From the NCBI GenBank assembly GCA_950097015.1, contig CATNEN010000005.1, positions 5,828,001 through 5,892,000 of the forward strand: 64,000 bases of DNA, written 5' to 3'. Under the pieces are notes generated by a model. The model did no database searches and was not told where the DNA came from. It was given only the letters and a program-made list of their open reading frames with translations. Of the stretch, positions 61,801 through 64,000 are shown one piece after another (the stretch's first letter is position 1; every line of letters begins with the position of its first letter). The position numbers and the translations under genes were made by a program. The DNA is from Macrostomum hystrix. Its lineage: Eukaryota > Animalia > Platyhelminthes.

Positions 61801-63334
61801 CATGGCTTTGGCCAGAGACTGGCGAGGTCCTAGACGCTTGCGAACATCTTCGGGTTCCAACGACTCGCGCTCCACCGATTTTGGGAGCAGCTGAGGAGAC
61901 ATGGGTGCGATTGAGCTGTCTCAAGTTTTCTCTAATATTGTACAGTAGAATTAGGATAGACTTAATTTTAAGGCACAATTTTTCTATTTCATTGGCACCC
62001 GACTGTAGCTTCTGAACTCATAACTAAAAAACTAATAATTGATTGCACCTGCGCCAATCGGACCAGATGTGCAGCCGACAGCACAGCCGCAGCTATTACG
62101 CAGCGCATCTGAAGGCTGCGTACGGCTGTTCAGTCCATGGACTGGGGAGACGCCACACCCACCCTCAATTATCCAAGCTGGGTGAACTGAAGCAATGCAG
62201 AGTTAAGTAGCTTGCTGAAGGACACAGATTGTTCTTGTGAAGTCGGGAATCGAACCAATGACCTTCAAGTCGTGAGTGCAACGCTCTAACAGCTAGACTA
62301 CAACCCGACACCCTACTGTAGCTTCTGACACTACATTCTAAAGATTCTGTAGGCTACAATGCGCTTTCGCCTAGTGGTCAGTGTTGGACTTACGACTTGA
62401 ACGTCCGAGGTTCGACCCCCGACTCTACTCGAATAGTTTGCATCCTTTATCAAGACAATAACCTCTGACTTGCTTCAGTTCACTCAGCTGTTAAATGGGC
62501 ACCAGCATTAGCTATGAGAAACTCAGGGTGGGTGTGGCGTCCCTTTTCCCCAGTCCATGGACTGAACAGCCGTACGAACCGCTAGCTCACCTGTGTCAGG
62601 TGCTCGATGACTTCCATAGCCAGGGCGTCGGGTCCGTCTACAGGTTTAGCGGAAGCCGTCGCAGTGGTGGCAGCCATTCTCGGCTGAGCCTTGGCCACGA
62701 CCTCCAATAGCCGGCGGCCGCGCGATTCCATGGCTGCCCGCTCAGAGTTGGCGTCCATGCCGAACACGTCGGGCGGTTCAGCCTCCGGCAGCCTGTCGAT
62801 GTAGGCCAGGGTCCAGTCGAACCCGGCTTCATCCGGGAGGCTGGCCAGCCCGGTGGCGAACTGCCAGCCCGGGTGCAGAGCTTCCGGTCGGAGAAAAGCG
62901 CCGAGAACTGCGGCGAGACAGCGTCGATCTCGTTCGTCAGTGACGCGGCCGCCGTAGGCGATGTCGCCGACTAGGTGACTCACGGCTGGCCAATCAACGC
63001 TCGACTTGCCAGTCAGATGTACCAGCGACACCTCCAGATCGCTGTCGTTGAACTCGTAGGGCACGTTGAAGCCCAGACTGCCGAATCTTCCGCGCTCCAA
63101 CAGCACCGAGTTGAACAGGCAGAGGGCGAAGATCAGCCTGCGAGTGTCTGGCGACTGCGCATCGAAGCTGCGACTGGACACCAACCCCGTGCCGTCCGGC
63201 GAGAAGGCCTTCCGCAGTAGGCTCTTGACACCCCTCGGCGACTCGATGGCAACCTTGCAGCAGGCGTGCAGCACGGGCACAGGGAAGCTTGAGTCGGGCT
63301 TTGAGCTCAGAAGCAGACGAAAATGAGCGTCTAG
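58898..63334 (-). CDS. Axonemal dynein heavy chain, 3' end only (inner-arm DNAH6/DNAH14-like). Exons ~63334-62591, 61890-61333, 60736-60503, 59116-58898; upstream exons lie beyond the window
   Basis: FRLLLSS.P...FPVPVL...K...ESPRGVK, FGSLGFNVPYEFNDSDL, YGGRVTDERDRRCL, PDVFGM..N, FLRQEIDRYDALL, VPPAW...YESCKSLSAW, WLPAFFFPQGFLTAVLQ, YDCPLYRT.RRAG.LSSTGHSTNFV, RGAALLC-stop. Junctions are phase-consistent. Confidence 0.93.
59200..60480. repeat. 20-21-bp minisatellite (CGTGTTTTGGAAGGGTTTGT)n, last dynein intron
   Basis: Visible tandem units. Confidence 0.95.
60790..61270. repeat. 37-bp minisatellite (GAGTTCAGTTGATGAGGTGTCGCGAGAGATTCTGGAT)n, dynein intron
   Basis: Visible tandem units. Confidence 0.95.
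62040..62308 (-). mobile_element. SINE family B copy (dynein intron)
   Basis: Reverse complement is colinear with 50612-50910. Confidence 0.85.
62360..62580 (+). mobile_element. SINE family B copy, 3'-truncated, head-to-head with the previous copy
   Basis: CCTAGTGGTCAG...GGTTCGACCCC...CAGTCCATGGACTGAACAGCCGTACG. Confidence 0.8.
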
Positions 63335-63389
63335 CTGAATGGCGCCGCGTTGGAAACTACAGTTGCCAATGTAATTGTAGGCGACAGGT

Positions 63390-64000
63390 GAGACAATATA
63401 CTGTCACCAATATCTGACATCCTACTGTCACCAATATCTGACATCCTACTGTCACCAATATCTGACATTCTACTGTCACCAATATCTGACATCCTACTGT
63501 CACCAATATCTGACATCCTACTATCATCAATATCTGACATCCTACTGTCATCAATGTCTGACATCCTACTGTCACCAATATCTGACATCCTACTGTCATA
63601 AATATCTGACATCCTACTGTCACCAATATCTGACATCCTACTGTCATCAATATCTGACATCCTACTGTCACGAATATCTGACATCCTACTGTCATAAATA
63701 TCTGACATCCTACTGTCACCAATATCTGACATCCTACTGTCACCAATATCTGACATCCTACTGTCACCAATATCTGACATCCTACTGTCACCAATATCTG
63801 ACATCCTACTGTCATCAATATCTGACATCCTACTGTCATCAATATCTGACATCCTACTGTCATCAATATCTGACATCCTACTGTCACCAACATCTGACAT
63901 CCTACTGTCATCAATGTCTGACATCCTACTGTCACCAATATCTGACATCCTACTGTCACCAATATCTGACATCCTACTGTCATCAATATCTGACATCCTA
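63390..64000. repeat. 24-bp minisatellite (CTACTGTCACCAATATCTGACATC)n, dynein intron
   Basis: Visible tandem units; runs off the window end. Confidence 0.95.

Overview
Eukaryotic (animal) genomic DNA; no prokaryotic system is present. The style (polyQ/polyA-rich exons, GT-AG introns packed with 14-39 bp minisatellites) suggests a flatworm such as Macrostomum, but the species is an inference. Genes in order: ECT2-like RhoGEF (minus, 8 exons), PACS1/2-like (minus, 9 exons), intronless DEG/ENaC channel (minus), FOXRED2 (plus, 4 exons), a frameshifted and apparently catalytically degenerate Mab-21/cGAS-like gene (plus), an intronless secreted C-type lectin (plus), and the last four exons of an axonemal dynein heavy chain (minus). 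Mobile DNA: an intact 1346-bp DD34D mariner with perfect 29-bp TIRs, a hAT/Charlie-type MITE family carrying an expandable 16-mer array, a second MITE with an 8-bp TSD, and three tRNA-headed SINE families. About 20 distinct tandem arrays explain nearly all long low-complexity ORFs in the ORF track. All coordinates and exon boundaries were derived by eye and need RNA-seq confirmation.
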